This document shows, in pieces, positions 51,956 to 64,000 of a DNA stretch of 64,000 nucleotides (position 1 is its first letter; the number at the start of each line of letters is the position of its first letter). Under the pieces are notes generated by a model that was given only the letters and a program-made list of their open reading frames with translations, did no database searches and was not told where the DNA came from. Both the position numbers and the translations under genes were made by a program. Source of the DNA: Eledone cirrhosa. Its lineage: Eukaryota. The DNA is taken from contig CAXHJY010000146.1 in NCBI GenBank assembly GCA_964016885.1, positions 1 to 64,000 of the forward strand. Direction: 5' to 3'.

Positions 51956-54359
51956 CATATTTATATATATCTCTAGATACCTTCTACCATAATAAATAAA
52001 AGAGCCATGGTCAAGTTATGTTCCAAACACAAATACCTCCAAATTCTTCCTTAATTCAAATACAATGTATTTCCTTAGAAATATAGCCATGAAAGGGTTA
52101 ATAATAAGGGCCAAAATGAAATTAAGCATCTTGTATAAGAACACAGTATATTGACCAGTCCATGAGTTGAAACCACATCATTATGACTGATTGTAAGTCT
52201 GGCATCCTAACCACTAGTCTACTTGCCTTCAATGATAATGAAAGGGTTAAATAATTTTCAACTGAGTGATGATACATTGATAAATAGATTGGCAGTTTGT
52301 AAAACTGAGAAAAAAAAGGACCTATATATAGAAATAAAGTACTTATGAAGCTAAGAGACTAAAACTTAAAATTGTCTCACTAATATAATATATCAAAACA
52401 TTTTTTTTCCTAAAAAAAACAACAACAAAAACAACAACAACAAAAAAACATCCAAAGATAAAAAAAAAATTATATCCACATCACTGAAAGCTAACACTAC
52501 TTACTTACTCTTAGGGGGTGGTTATGATAAAATTCCAGAATGTGAGTCAAATTTAATCCAATCTCCAGTTTAATAGTCTAAAATTTCCCCAAGCCCTGAC
52601 TTGGCTTTCCTATAGTGTAACTGTCACATATATGACAGATTTCATCTTGATAGAAATGCTATCAAAATAATTAATAGATTGAAAAGAAGAAAATAATGAG
52701 AGAAAATAACTTACAGAGAATATAATAGCAAAAGATTACAATAGGAAATGTATTTAAAAAAAAGATTGTTTGGATAATTTCAAAATGTTCGTTGATAAAA
52801 CATAAAATCGAAAGAGTAATACTTGTTTCATTTTTATCTGCACTTAGTATGTTTCAGTGTGCATGTATATACTTCAGAATTTTTATAAGTTAAATCTGTA
52901 TCAAAGGTTTTTTCGCTTTATGAACATAATGGATAGGTTTTGTTGGTATAACTTTTTTTTTACAGCTAGATGCTATTTTTTTAAATTTGCTATTTAATTT
53001 GGAAGTAAGGATTGGCTTTCTTGATTTTTCACATTGGCAAAAGGTCACAAATTTGTAGAGAAGTGTGACCGACTGACTAGACCGCAATACAAAATCATGA
53101 TAGGTACAAGTATCTGAAATTAAGAGTGGTGAAGATCATGAATAAGTCCAAATTTGCCAACCAGGACTTTGTCCAGGATTCCAAATCTAAACCAGCTGGC
53201 TTTGTCCTTTCTAGAAAGCAATGGGTGTCTCTTAATCAGATCTGCACAACACTAAATATAACAAAAAAGTCAAACTATGATTGCTCGAGGATGTAAATAC
53301 AGCAACAGAATGGATTTCAACTAAGACCCTTTATTTCTAAACTAAGAAAAATAACATTCTTATTCACTAGGGCAATGAAGCACATTAGAAATATAGGTTA
53401 CTTGTAGGAATCTAGTCTGGTACAGTGTATACATCTAAGAATAAAACACCTGATGACAACTGAAGATCAAGCCAATTAAAATATAGTGTATATATAAAAA
53501 AAAATTCATCTTTGAAGAACTATCTATCCCAGACATTTAATTAAACTCTTTGTTCTTGTGCTCTTCTTTTTTAGCAATAAAAATAAGAGAAAGATGGAGA
53601 ATTAATATAAGTGAATGGGTATTATTTCAAGGAATATTTATAGTCACAGATTGAGAACAATGGAAAGATAGGAATAAATTATTGTTACTATTGGACAAGA
53701 ATTTTAAAATGGCACAAATGTTTAACAGGCCTTCCATTAACTTGTGAAGTAAAAAGACTTTAGGTTGGAATATGTATAAAAAGGAACCACACACACACTT
53801 CCAAAGAGACGTATTAAACCTCTTAATAAGACAATACAACTGGAGGAGTAATCTGAAGGTCATAAGTTTGACAAGTTTAAATTACAAACTTTTTTTTTTT
53901 AAATAAAAAACAGCCAAAAGGAAATAACACAAAGAACCAATATTCTCAGTGGATGTGTAAGATTTCATTTTCAACATAATTGATTTTATATCAAATCTTT
54001 TTCCTCATCATCATCATAATAATAATAATAATAATAATAATCATGAACCAGCATGTAGTTGCTTCATCAGTTCTATATAGCAGCAGCCAAATCTTTCTCA
54101 GTAAAACCCCTATGGTCTTTGAAGCAAGAATCATATGTATTAATTTTCTGAAATTTTTTAATAGCAGAGATCCCAAACATTTTTTCTATGCCATACATAA
54201 ACTCAATCAGAGCTGACCAAGGCTACTATTCAACAACTATTGCTATCATTATCATCATATATCTAATATCTGTAGTAATAAAGTGTATATTTCCATGTCC
54301 TGATACAGTGCCATCTCATCTGATAACACTGCCAGGTCACATTATTTAACTGTTTGACG

Positions 54360-54500
54360 CATATAGTTACGGCCCTTGTCATTCTGAGTTCAAATCCCGC
54401 CGAGGTTAACTTTGCCTTTCATCCTTACGGGGTCGATAAAATAAAGTACCAGTAATACACTGGGTAATTGCTGGCCTTGTGCCAAAAGTAGAAACAATTA
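54360..54500 (+). mobile_element. tRNA-derived SINE (family B), 5'-truncated
   Basis: gagttcaaatcccgccgaggttaactttgcctttcatccttacggggtcgataaaataaagtacc. Confidence 0.85.
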
Positions 54501-55973
54501 TTTAACTGATGTGGGTAATAAGACTCAATGGTTAGTGTTGAACTTGTGATTATAAGGATATGGATCCTGGATCAGGCAGCCTATTGTGGTTTTTAGCAAG
54601 ACATTTCATTTCACATCGAGATACAACCTCATAAAAGGCTAACTAAATCGGCATAGGTGTAAGCTGTTCATCATTACAGTTCGTCTTACCAAGGTGATTG
54701 TCACATTTGGTGGTGAATTGATGGTCATTTTTGTTTTTGTTTCCCCCTTTTTTTTTCTTTCTCTGGCTTTGATCATATATTATGGTTCCTAGCAATAATT
54801 AATTGTATTTATTATATGTTGATATTTTCATTCTGAAAGAATTGTCAACAATTTGTAATGTTATTTGTAATGTTATTTATACAACTGTGAATGAAATAAA
54901 ATGTGAACATGCATAAAAAAAATATTACTAGATTACAAAATTCACATATTATTACAGCCATTATATGCACACATACGTGCGTGCATGCATGCGTGTGTGT
55001 GTGAAATTTTCTTGCTGTAAATATTGTTTTTGTTTAACCTTAAGTCAACCATGATCGGGCAGATGTAAAATTCAAGTTTCACAGTTGTGGCTATCCTGTA
55101 CTATATAGTATATCTCATACAATGTCCAACATCTCCCAACATGTTTAAAATGACATGGATTATGATGATGAGAATATGTGATTTGAGAGAATTTAGCTAT
55201 CTCACATAGGGGCTAGAATAAACAAAAGCCAACCACTTAAAATGGATGTAAGTCAGTTTAAAACATTAAAATATCAGGATGTTTTATTTCTACTACACAC
55301 AAGAGCAATAAATAGTGTCAACTGCATAACCTTTCTTGATAAAATGTAGTCATCAATGAGTGATCAGTTCAATTGATTTCAAAGCAAGCTTTGATGAATA
55401 ACTACAACCAAGAACCAAAATTTGGGTCAGATTTAATCCACCAAGTGCTTACAGTTATAATGATTATTATGTACATGATGTAATAGCACAAATATATGTC
55501 ATTTTTATATCTTGGGAAGGTCTTTTAAGGTCAAAAAGTATAAATGTTGATAGATAATAATGAAAAAGCAAATGTTCAAAGTAAACTCTAGCTATTAGTC
55601 TGGGAAATATGTATTTAGACAAAGATAATTTCTATAAACTCTGAAAATTCCTACACACAGGAAAAAAAATGGTCAGTAAAGAAATGGCATAGGAGGGTTT
55701 GAGTATAATGATTTCAAGTTAAAATAGCAACCCGAAATAGCTATTTCTATAGAAAGAAATACAATAATTAGAAACTGAAGAAAAATACAACGGAAGCAAT
55801 TTTACAAACAGCTTACACATAAATGGTTAGCAAAGTTAATGAAAATGTAATGTGGTGTGTTTATGTGTTAAAGAAAGAAAAGAAAATGTGAGCGAATGAG
55901 ATGTTTTATGTGGGAGTATATTGTGTACTTTTGAGTGTTTGTTTGTAAGGAGAAGAGATTGCAATTCTTCAGT

Positions 55974-58298
55974 ATCATCATCATCACTGTTTTACGTCCG
56001 TTCTTCCATGCTAGCATGGGTTAGACGGGTTGTCCTGTTGTGGGCAGTGTCTGGTCGGCTGACCATGCCTTGCTCATATGGGAACTGATTCTGGCTTGAT
56101 TTCTACAGCTGGATCCCCTTCCTAACACCAACCTCATTTACAGTGAGTGCTGGGTGCTTTTTTGCCGTGGCACCTCCATGACCACCTTGCGGTGGGGGGT
56201 GTAGGGGCATATTGTCTATATGCTTCAGCTTGTACCCATGGGAGGTCGGGTAATCTGTATTACTGCGTGACGCCAGCAGAGGTCATGGTAGTGTGTCATT
56301 GGCTTTGAGAGGTGTAATTGGGTAAGGTCGGCTTTTATCACCTCATCCCAGGTCATCTTGGGTCTCCCCACTCCGCGGTTTCCATCGACTTCTAGTGCTC
56401 TGCACCTTTTTATGCAGCTGTCATCCTTCATACGCATCACATGTTCATACCAGCGCAACCGCCTCTCCTGCACACAGCATTTGATTCCTCTTATGCTCAG
56501 TCTCTCTCTCAATTCATTTATGCTTTGTCGTGCACGTATATTACTGTTACACATCCATCGCAGCATGCAGGCTTCATTTCTCTCTAATCTACGTAAGTCT
56601 TCCACCTTCAGTGCCCAGGTCTCACTACCATGCAACATCGCTGTTCGGATACACGCATCATACAGTCTGCCTTTCATTCTGAGGGAGAAGCCTTTTGCAG
56701 CTAGCAGTGGTAGTAGTTCCCTAAACTTCTTCCATCCCGTTCTTACCCTAGTTATTGTACTTTCTGAACACCCACCTCCGCTGCTAATTCGGTCACCTAG
56801 GTAGCAGAAGCTGTCTACTGTTTCTACAGAGCCCTCCCAGAGATTGGTGGTACTTGTTTCCTGTGGCTGTTTGCTGCTTGCTGTCCCAGCACAGCTGCTG
56901 CATGTGAAGCCTACATTCTTAATTAAGTTTCCTGAGATCCCACTATATCTCTTGTGTACCCATTGTTTGCATTTGGGGCAGAGAATGGAGTTCCTACCTA
57001 CACCTTTCCTACATACTGAGCAAGGCCATTTCCCTGAGGGAATCTGGGTTCTGTTTTCTTGTCTACTTACAAGGACCTTAGTCTTTGTCATGTTGACTTT
57101 GAGACCCTTTCTTTCTAGTCCCTGCTTCCAAGTTTGGAATTTATTCTCTAGTTCTACCATAGATTCAGCTATAAGTGCGAGGTCATCAGCATACAGGAGT
57201 TCCCATGGGCATCCGGTCTTAAACTCCTCCGTTATTGCCTGCAGGACTATGATGAACAGGAGGGGGCTAAGAACAGAGCCCTGGTGGACCCCAACCTGTA
57301 CGCTAAATTCCTCGCTATATTCATTGCTAATCCTAACTTTGCTGACTGCTCCCCTATACATGGCTTGTACTGCTTTCACAAGCCATTCATCTACTCCTAG
57401 TTTTCTAAGAGCCCACCAGATTACAGCACGTGGAACTCTGTCAAAGGCTTTCTCAAGGTCGACAAATGCCAAGTAGAGTGGCTTACTTTTAGCTAGGTAC
57501 TTTTCCTGTAGCTGCCTCACAAGGAAGAGGGCATCAGTGGTGCCTCTTCCTGGTACAAACCCAAATTGCATCTCGTCTATTTTCACCCGGTCCCTAATCA
57601 ACTGTGCTATAACTCTTTCTGTTACTTTCATGACCTGGTCCATCAGCTTTTATACCTCTATAGTTTCCTCTATCTAGTGCATCACCTTTACCTTTGTAGC
57701 AGTTGACAATGATGCTACTGCACCAATCTTTTGGTATGACACCTAGTATTACCTGACCTGGTTAACACCACGTGTGGTTATAGTGTGACCTACAGACCTA
57801 GATGCCTTCAGCATCTCGGCAGCTATACCCGATGGACCGGTTGCCTTCTCCCATCTTCATATCTTTGATTGCCTTACTTACTACGTTGCTGCTGACTTGT
57901 ACTGCTGGCCCCTCTATAGGGTCTACTTGGGGTAGGGTCTCTTCTTCCCATGCATTCTCCTCATTTAGTAATCTATTATAATGACTCTTCTATGCATCTT
58001 TCTTCTCAGCACTTGTGAGGGCAAGCTCACCTTTATCATTCCGGATACACTTCTCTCCAATGACATCACAACTCTCTATGACACACTGCCTCGCAATCTT
58101 GAACACCTCCTGTTTCTGGTCCTCACGTTGCAAAACATGCTTGAATTTTTTATCCTCTGCTTCCCTCCTAGCTAAGTATACTTGTCGCCTAGCTTCCCTC
58201 TTGGTCTCTATGTAATGTACCCTGCTCCTCCCGTTCTTCCATGCCTGTCTCTTGGCCTTAACTGCCTCATCTACCTTATTGTTCCACCACCAAGTCAC
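55974..58298 (-). mobile_element. RTE-clade LINE, 5'-truncated; best-preserved copy (472-aa RT + PHD-like ORF at 56225..57643)
   Basis: QFGFVPGRGTTDA, FVDLEKAFD, GVHQGSVLSPLLF, LLYADDL, CSVC..CPKC..H..CSSC, FCYLGD and RLRWYEHV, with a (GAT)n tail. Confidence 0.95.
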
Positions 58299-58794
58299 TC
58301 TCTATATAAATTTAATTCAAGTTCTATATGAAAATTAACAATGGAACCCCCTTGTTCAACTGAAGTGGTTGCGTTATTATGATATGAAAGGAAGTTGATA
58401 CTAACTTCCAGACATTTCTGAAAATATTAGCCCTCACTTCATCTCACAACACAAAATATAGTTGATTTCTTACCAACCTAGATCAGCACTAGGTCTACCA
58501 ATTTCTAGTGAACTTCATTCACTCTTGAAAATCCAGTCAGGTTGAAATAGAGAGTAAAATGAATTTAATGAATGTGAAAATTCAAAAGATAGTTAAAAGA
58601 AGAAACAAAGTATGTTGTCATTGAGCACCAGATGACTCCTGATCAAGAAGTCTTATTTAGACATCCCAGCAGTGACCATCTCATAATATATCTATGACTA
58701 CAATATCCAATGTGTCCTTTCTTTTCAGAGTGTGATTTGAGAGAGGTCAGTCAAGTGACTATATAGAAGCTCTCTTAATGGCTTGGCCAAAATA

Positions 58795-58798
58795 GTGT

Positions 58799-58867
<69 letters not shown>

Positions 58868-58900
58868 CGCGTGTGTGCGCGCATGCATGCGTGCGTGCAT
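58795..58900. repeat. (GT)n microsatellite with GC/AT variants
   Basis: About 30 GT units seen directly. (GA)n runs also occur at ~34677 and ~42098. Confidence 0.95.
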
Positions 58901-60044
58901 GTACAGACACAATATGAAAACAGACTTTCTAACACTACAGTTATTAAATTGCTTCAACCAACCTCACTAACATCAGGCAGCACACCTACTACATTCTAGT
59001 GGTGAGAGGTAGGACATGCACCCAGCATAAAAGAAAATACTTGTTCTAACAGTGTGTAAGTTATACCAATTTTGATGTGTTTTTGTTATTTTGTTCGATA
59101 TTAGAGATATCCTAATTCCTATTAGAAACAACATCCAAATCTCCCTCCAATCATTCAATGTTGGGCAAAAATTAATGTCTTTTGGTCAAATGTCTTCTTT
59201 AAAATGTATAACATGAACAAAGGGACAGATGTTCAAATCTGTTGTGGGTATTGTGTTTTGTCTCCTGGTAGGACACTACAATTCTACATGACATTTCCAG
59301 GAAAGTTAACTACACTGGTGTCATGCAGAGATTTTCTGCTCATTTACATAACTATTGATCCCTGTGATTAACTTTCCTTCATGAAACCATTACAATTCTT
59401 TACAACAGCACTATTCTCAGCATATCAAGTTAATAAGCTTATGCTTATTTAATTTTTCAATTAGATCTATCAATGTAAGCGAAGACGTGTATGAGAGTTT
59501 TGACGAGAGAGAAAAAAAAAGCAGCTTAACAATAAATTCATTTAATTATCATTTTAAAGTTTCAATTATGAAAATAATTTCAATTTATTACAGAAGATAT
59601 GCAGTCAAAATACACCTAGAACTATAATTGTATTGAATCAATAAGAAAATAAGAGAGATTGTCTCATTTTATGCTTGATTAAAATAGTCTATACTGTCAA
59701 CTTGTAACGTCTTCTATTTTGGCATTGAAAAACAAGAAACAAACATGTTTTATCTTATGGACTTTACAATTGAAGTGTCTGGAGATGAAGTAACACACAG
59801 TATTGACAGGAATGTAGCACATGTAAATCCAAAAACCCAACATTCAGCAATGCACCAGTTTTTTTAAGTAACAACAATAATAATAATAATAATGATGTAA
59901 AATTCAACAGAAACACCATATGGTTATATAGACACATTCAGTTATCAGACAAACATAAAACTCTGAAAAGGCATGCTACATATGGTGCCTGGTACTTTGG
60001 CTTTGAATAGAAGTATACAATAATGAAAGTTCTTTTTTTTTTAA

Positions 60045-60250
60045 CTCTTTAGTATTCACATTACTCTGTCTTTACTATTGTATTTTTGTAGTAAACACTT
60101 TATCTCATAATTATCGCACATATCGAATCTATGAGATTTTGATATTATTTATTTTGAGAACAATACCTTAACATCAGTATAAGCGGCCAGTTTCAACTGG
60201 TTTGAATAGAAAGAGGTGAGACATTTCTGGCCGGATTGAATGCTAACGGG
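60045..60250. mobile_element. piggyBac-like MITE (family A)
   Basis: TTAA at 60041-44 and 60251-54. Internal tatcgaatct..gagattttgatatt is shared with the 10273 copy. Confidence 0.75.
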
Positions 60251-61359
60251 TTAAATTAAATAATAAACAAGAAGAGAGAAAACAGAGAGAAAAGAGCACA
60301 TAAAAGGAAGGGAGCGAGGATAAATTCTACAGTTTTGAGTGAGCATCTTAGCTGTGACTTGCAGACAACATGGCAAAAGTATTGTCACTGAGAACACCAG
60401 TAGCATAAGCCATTCCACACCATGGGGCTCTTCCCTTGGTCAAGATGCCCTCCTCTTGATTTTACAGAGAAAAATGTGAGTCCAGGAACTAAAGATACTG
60501 GAGGTTTCAGTGGCAACTGGCACAAAAACAAAACAGCCAGTCGAAGTCAGGTATTTGGTTATTTTCTGCTCCTCTGCATTATAAGTGGCAGTGTCTAACT
60601 TTGTGGTGATGGCAATGATGTTGCAATTTATGGTATCCCAGACTAATGATTTAAACAGTTAACATAATTGAAAGTCTAATAACAATTAAAATTAATGGCT
60701 TTAATGTTAACTTGTTTTTTGCTCTTAAAAAATTCTCATACACACTTTGGCTTACATTGAGATTTAATGGAACAATTAAGAATTAAGCTTATTAACCTGT
60801 TGCGTCATATGTCTTATAGAATGACCAATGTGTTTTGAAAATTATTTAAATTCACCATATAGTTATAATTATTAACGCATGCTAACGTGGAAAAAAAATG
60901 GACATTAAATGGTGGTGGTGATGATGATTCTCTCATATGATAAATGCTCAGATATATACAGCTATATTAAAATACACCCTGAAGAAGAGGGTAACTTTTG
61001 CTTTTATGGTGTTAAGCAGATGTGAAAAAACTCTCTTGGGTAGAACACTTATCCATCTTATGTAACATAATCTGGTGCATATTTCTGACAGTTAAGTGCA
61101 CCCGGTAAGGGTATGACTTCAATATACAATGAAACACTTGCACTGAATGAGAATTGAAACCTCACTCTATAACTAAGATGGCTTCAACATATCTACCTAA
61201 AACCTAACTACCTAGTCAACAACTAAGCTGCCATGGTCATGTTTAGTATCATTGTCATAAAGTCAACTAAACTGGCTAATAAATCTTTAACATTTTGACA
61301 CCAAACTGCTAGAAACTACACCTAGTTTTATGCTACAAAGCTATTTATTTTATTCTAAA

Positions 61360-62484
61360 TCCAGCCTTTACCAAGCTAACACAATATCTGTACCTTCTGA
61401 ATTTTTGAACCACTGCCTAGTCATTATCCACCCTACATCCGCCACATACTATATAGCACCTGAACCCTATGGCACCTCATGACAGCAAACCCATAAGAGA
61501 TTTGCCAGATATGCATTAATCACACCAGCAGCAAATATGCTTCCTCTCAACCCATCCAAGACAGCTAAGCACATGGCAAAATCAATGACTATGTCTGGTA
61601 TATGACTCATAGCTTCTTGGCTAAAGGCTCCATGCAACTCTTATCTCAGAATCTTCCTGTCCGGTCCCAATACTGTCGCTGTGTGTTAATGTTTACTCTC
61701 TCACTGACCCATCCTCTATCAACTCTTTTGTATACCAAAGTTCGGTCAGTTATGGCTCTCAACTCTTCCATCTGTACATTAATAACTAATTTGCTGTAAT
61801 CTCAAACACCATGCACCTATGCAGATGATATATTTCATTCCTTAATTATCCAAACATAGGTATAATCCATATGTAACATTAACACCCCACACCTAACCTA
61901 CACAGCATCTGCAAATAGATTCTTATGGAGACATGACAATCTTGTCTCTACAGTACAAAGTCACAAATCACTCCACATATAAAGGAAACAATCTGTACCT
62001 CACCCTCTCTACTCAAGAACATGTTTTTATGTAAAATCCTGATGATCTTAGTACAAGCATAGCATACCTAAAACTGTACCCCAAAGACTAGTCTTTCTTT
62101 CGAGGTCTGAACATACTTCAGCACTGATGAGTTTACTAGTGCACTACAAACTGCAAGAGCCTCAACTGAGTATGACTCCCACATCTGGGATGGTGCTGCC
62201 AACACGCATACAAATATCCTAGTTTGCATCCAAAGGATAGGCATCTGACTGATTAGTAATGACACACACATCAACATAGTACATTTGCTGTCTCCTCCCT
62301 CTGCCTATTTCACAGTTACTACAATGGCTTCTGCTCCTTGTAACTAGTTCATACTGCCCAATGCATCTATATTTACCTGCTCCTTTCATCACACTACTGT
62401 CTTCCTAACACCAGTCAGTACCCATCAACTACATCTCTCAATAATTCTTTTCCAGAATGTTAACCCTTGGGAAACCTCTCTGTA
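61360..62484 (+). mobile_element. Degraded CR1/Jockey-group LINE 3' fragment
   Basis: Degenerate GVPQGS..LF.LYIN, TYADD, EYDSHIWDGAA and FFP....W remnants. Confidence 0.55.
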
Positions 62485-63489
62485 TCATCTGCATAGGTAG
62501 ATATTGTTAGAGATTACAACAAGCTTGCTGTTAAAGTACAGAAGGAAGAATGAGAGAGCCATAGCTGAATGAACCTTGGTGTACAACAGAGTTGATAGAC
62601 GATGGATGAGAGAGAGAGAGAGCACATTTTTCAGAGACAAATTTTCCAACTGCAAAGCAACTGTATCAATCTCAGTAATCAAGGAGGGTTTGTGAAAATC
62701 ATGGACACTCCTCCTTCACGACTAAGCCATAAGTTCAATAACCAGTTACTTTGCCATTTCACTTTAACATATTGTCCACTTTTCTACACTGGCATGGATT
62801 GAATAGGATGTTTCGAGAATGTTTTACAGCTGGATGCCCTTCCTGGTGCCAACCCTTTTGTTGCCTTTTACAACATACATGGATATGGTGCATCTATTCT
62901 AAAATCCAGGATATATATGGCATACTATAGATAATAAGTTCCCATTCTAATTAACATAAAATAAATACTCTTCCTTATACAATTCATCTGTTGTCAGACA
63001 AATTAATAACTTTATTTCTGATCATTAAAGGCATACACCAACCCTAAACGGACAAAGATGATATCAGTGGAAATTGGTCATACTGGTCACTCACAACAAG
63101 CCAACCAAATAATAATCAATTTCACTGCAAAAATTCTCCTTGACACAATCAGTGTGTGCGTGTGTGTACATGCATGTATGCGTGTGAAGTGAACTGTCAC
63201 TAATCTAGCCAGCCACTGGTAATTAATACATGAATTTTGGCTCAGCACATCAAACTGCCTTGGTGGTTGCAGCATCAGATTTTGGTACAAACTCATAAAC
63301 ACTGACAAGTCATTCCTACTTGTTTTTCTGTATTTATTATCATAACCATCTCAGAGTTCAAATTCCACCAAGATTAACCTTTCATCCTTCTGTGGTCAAT
63401 ATCGATGTTATCCACCCGACAAACTGTTGGCTTGGTGACTAAATAAGAAATCATTATTATAACCTTCTCATATTTAGCTCTCGTCATGG

Positions 63490-64000
63490 TTCCAATGTAT
63501 AAAGAAGTGTTTCTAGAGGTGTAAAGTGCAAGCACTGTACATTGATCATAACAGATCAGTACATGAGTTTAATGTGGAAGATATGGTTTACTGTATGGTC
63601 AACATTTAAAACTTTGCATAAACATTCACACTGAAAATTAGATGGCATAAATTGTGATTAGATTTAATGTTTGAATCTGCACCTCATGAAAACTCTAAAT
63701 GACTTTACAGGATTTAGTAATTTAAAGGAAAAGCAGATTTATGTGAACTACATTATTTTGTTCATGATCTAACTAATCCTGTTGCCAAGGATCTTGGTTT
63801 AAGGATAGATGAATATAGATGGCGCTGTAGCTAATGTTCATCCTTATATTGACTCAGAAATTGTGCAAATAGTAGTAAGTCTGGAGAACAAAGATAGTGG
63901 AGAAGAAAACAGTGATGAATATGAGGAAGTTGTAGCAGAAAGAATCTTTCTTGATAGGTTAATTCAGTTGGCAGGCAGACAGCTAAAAGGTATAGAGCAA
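63490..64000 (+). mobile_element. Degraded pogo/Tigger transposase C-terminal remnant (runs off the window)
   Basis: EFNVEDMVY, TLKIRWHKL..DLMF, DFTGF and NIDG..VHPYIDSEIVQIV..DSGEENSDEYEE..RLIQL..LKGIEQ. Confidence 0.5.

Noticed and set aside
54620-54660. Minus-strand ...AFYE|GT as a candidate CDYL first exon
   Set aside because: There is an in-frame TAG between the ATG and the donor, the donor is weak, and it lies next to SINE-like sequence.
50302-57476. Long plus-strand ORFs (216, 148 and 210 aa) over RTE copies, and similar antisense ORFs over other LINEs
   Set aside because: They are antisense shadows of RT coding frames with no independent protein features.
60977-61001. CTGAAGA followed by a short stem as a third hammerhead
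   Set aside because: No GAAA or stem III follows.
63880-64000. DEYEEVVAERI resembles a chromodomain start or the missing CDYL exon 1
   Set aside because: It is on the wrong strand, and the context fits a pogo/Tigger transposase C-terminus.

Overview
AT-rich, repeat-dense eukaryotic genomic DNA. The repeat landscape looks like a cephalopod (Octopus-like) genome, which is pattern recognition only and not verified. One host gene is supportable: a minus-strand CDYL-family gene (chromodomain plus crotonase/enoyl-CoA-hydratase fold). Six phase-compatible GT-AG coding exons were reconstructed (34348-33796, 31967-31552, 24896-24733, 23804-23594, 20521-20378, 9825-9664; 549 codons plus stop). Its short first exon was not found and probably lies beyond 64000. 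The rest is mostly transposon debris. Retroelements: a Penelope-like element (RT + GIY-YIG) with a candidate hammerhead ribozyme, an R4/Dong LINE, CR1-like LINEs, many RTE LINEs carrying a PHD-like finger, an L1/Tx1 and a Vingi/Ingi element that both show 5' inversions, CRE fragments and two SINE families. DNA elements: Tc1/mariner, pogo, hAT, piggyBac-like and Helitron-like non-autonomous copies. There is also a ~2 kb TA/TACA microsatellite. I found no clearly new multi-gene system. The most interesting signals are two variant hammerhead motifs, a TSD-bounded 5'-inverted non-L1 LINE, a SINE/LINE shared 3' tail, the PHD-like finger inside RTE ORF2 and a hairpin next to a CDYL splice donor.
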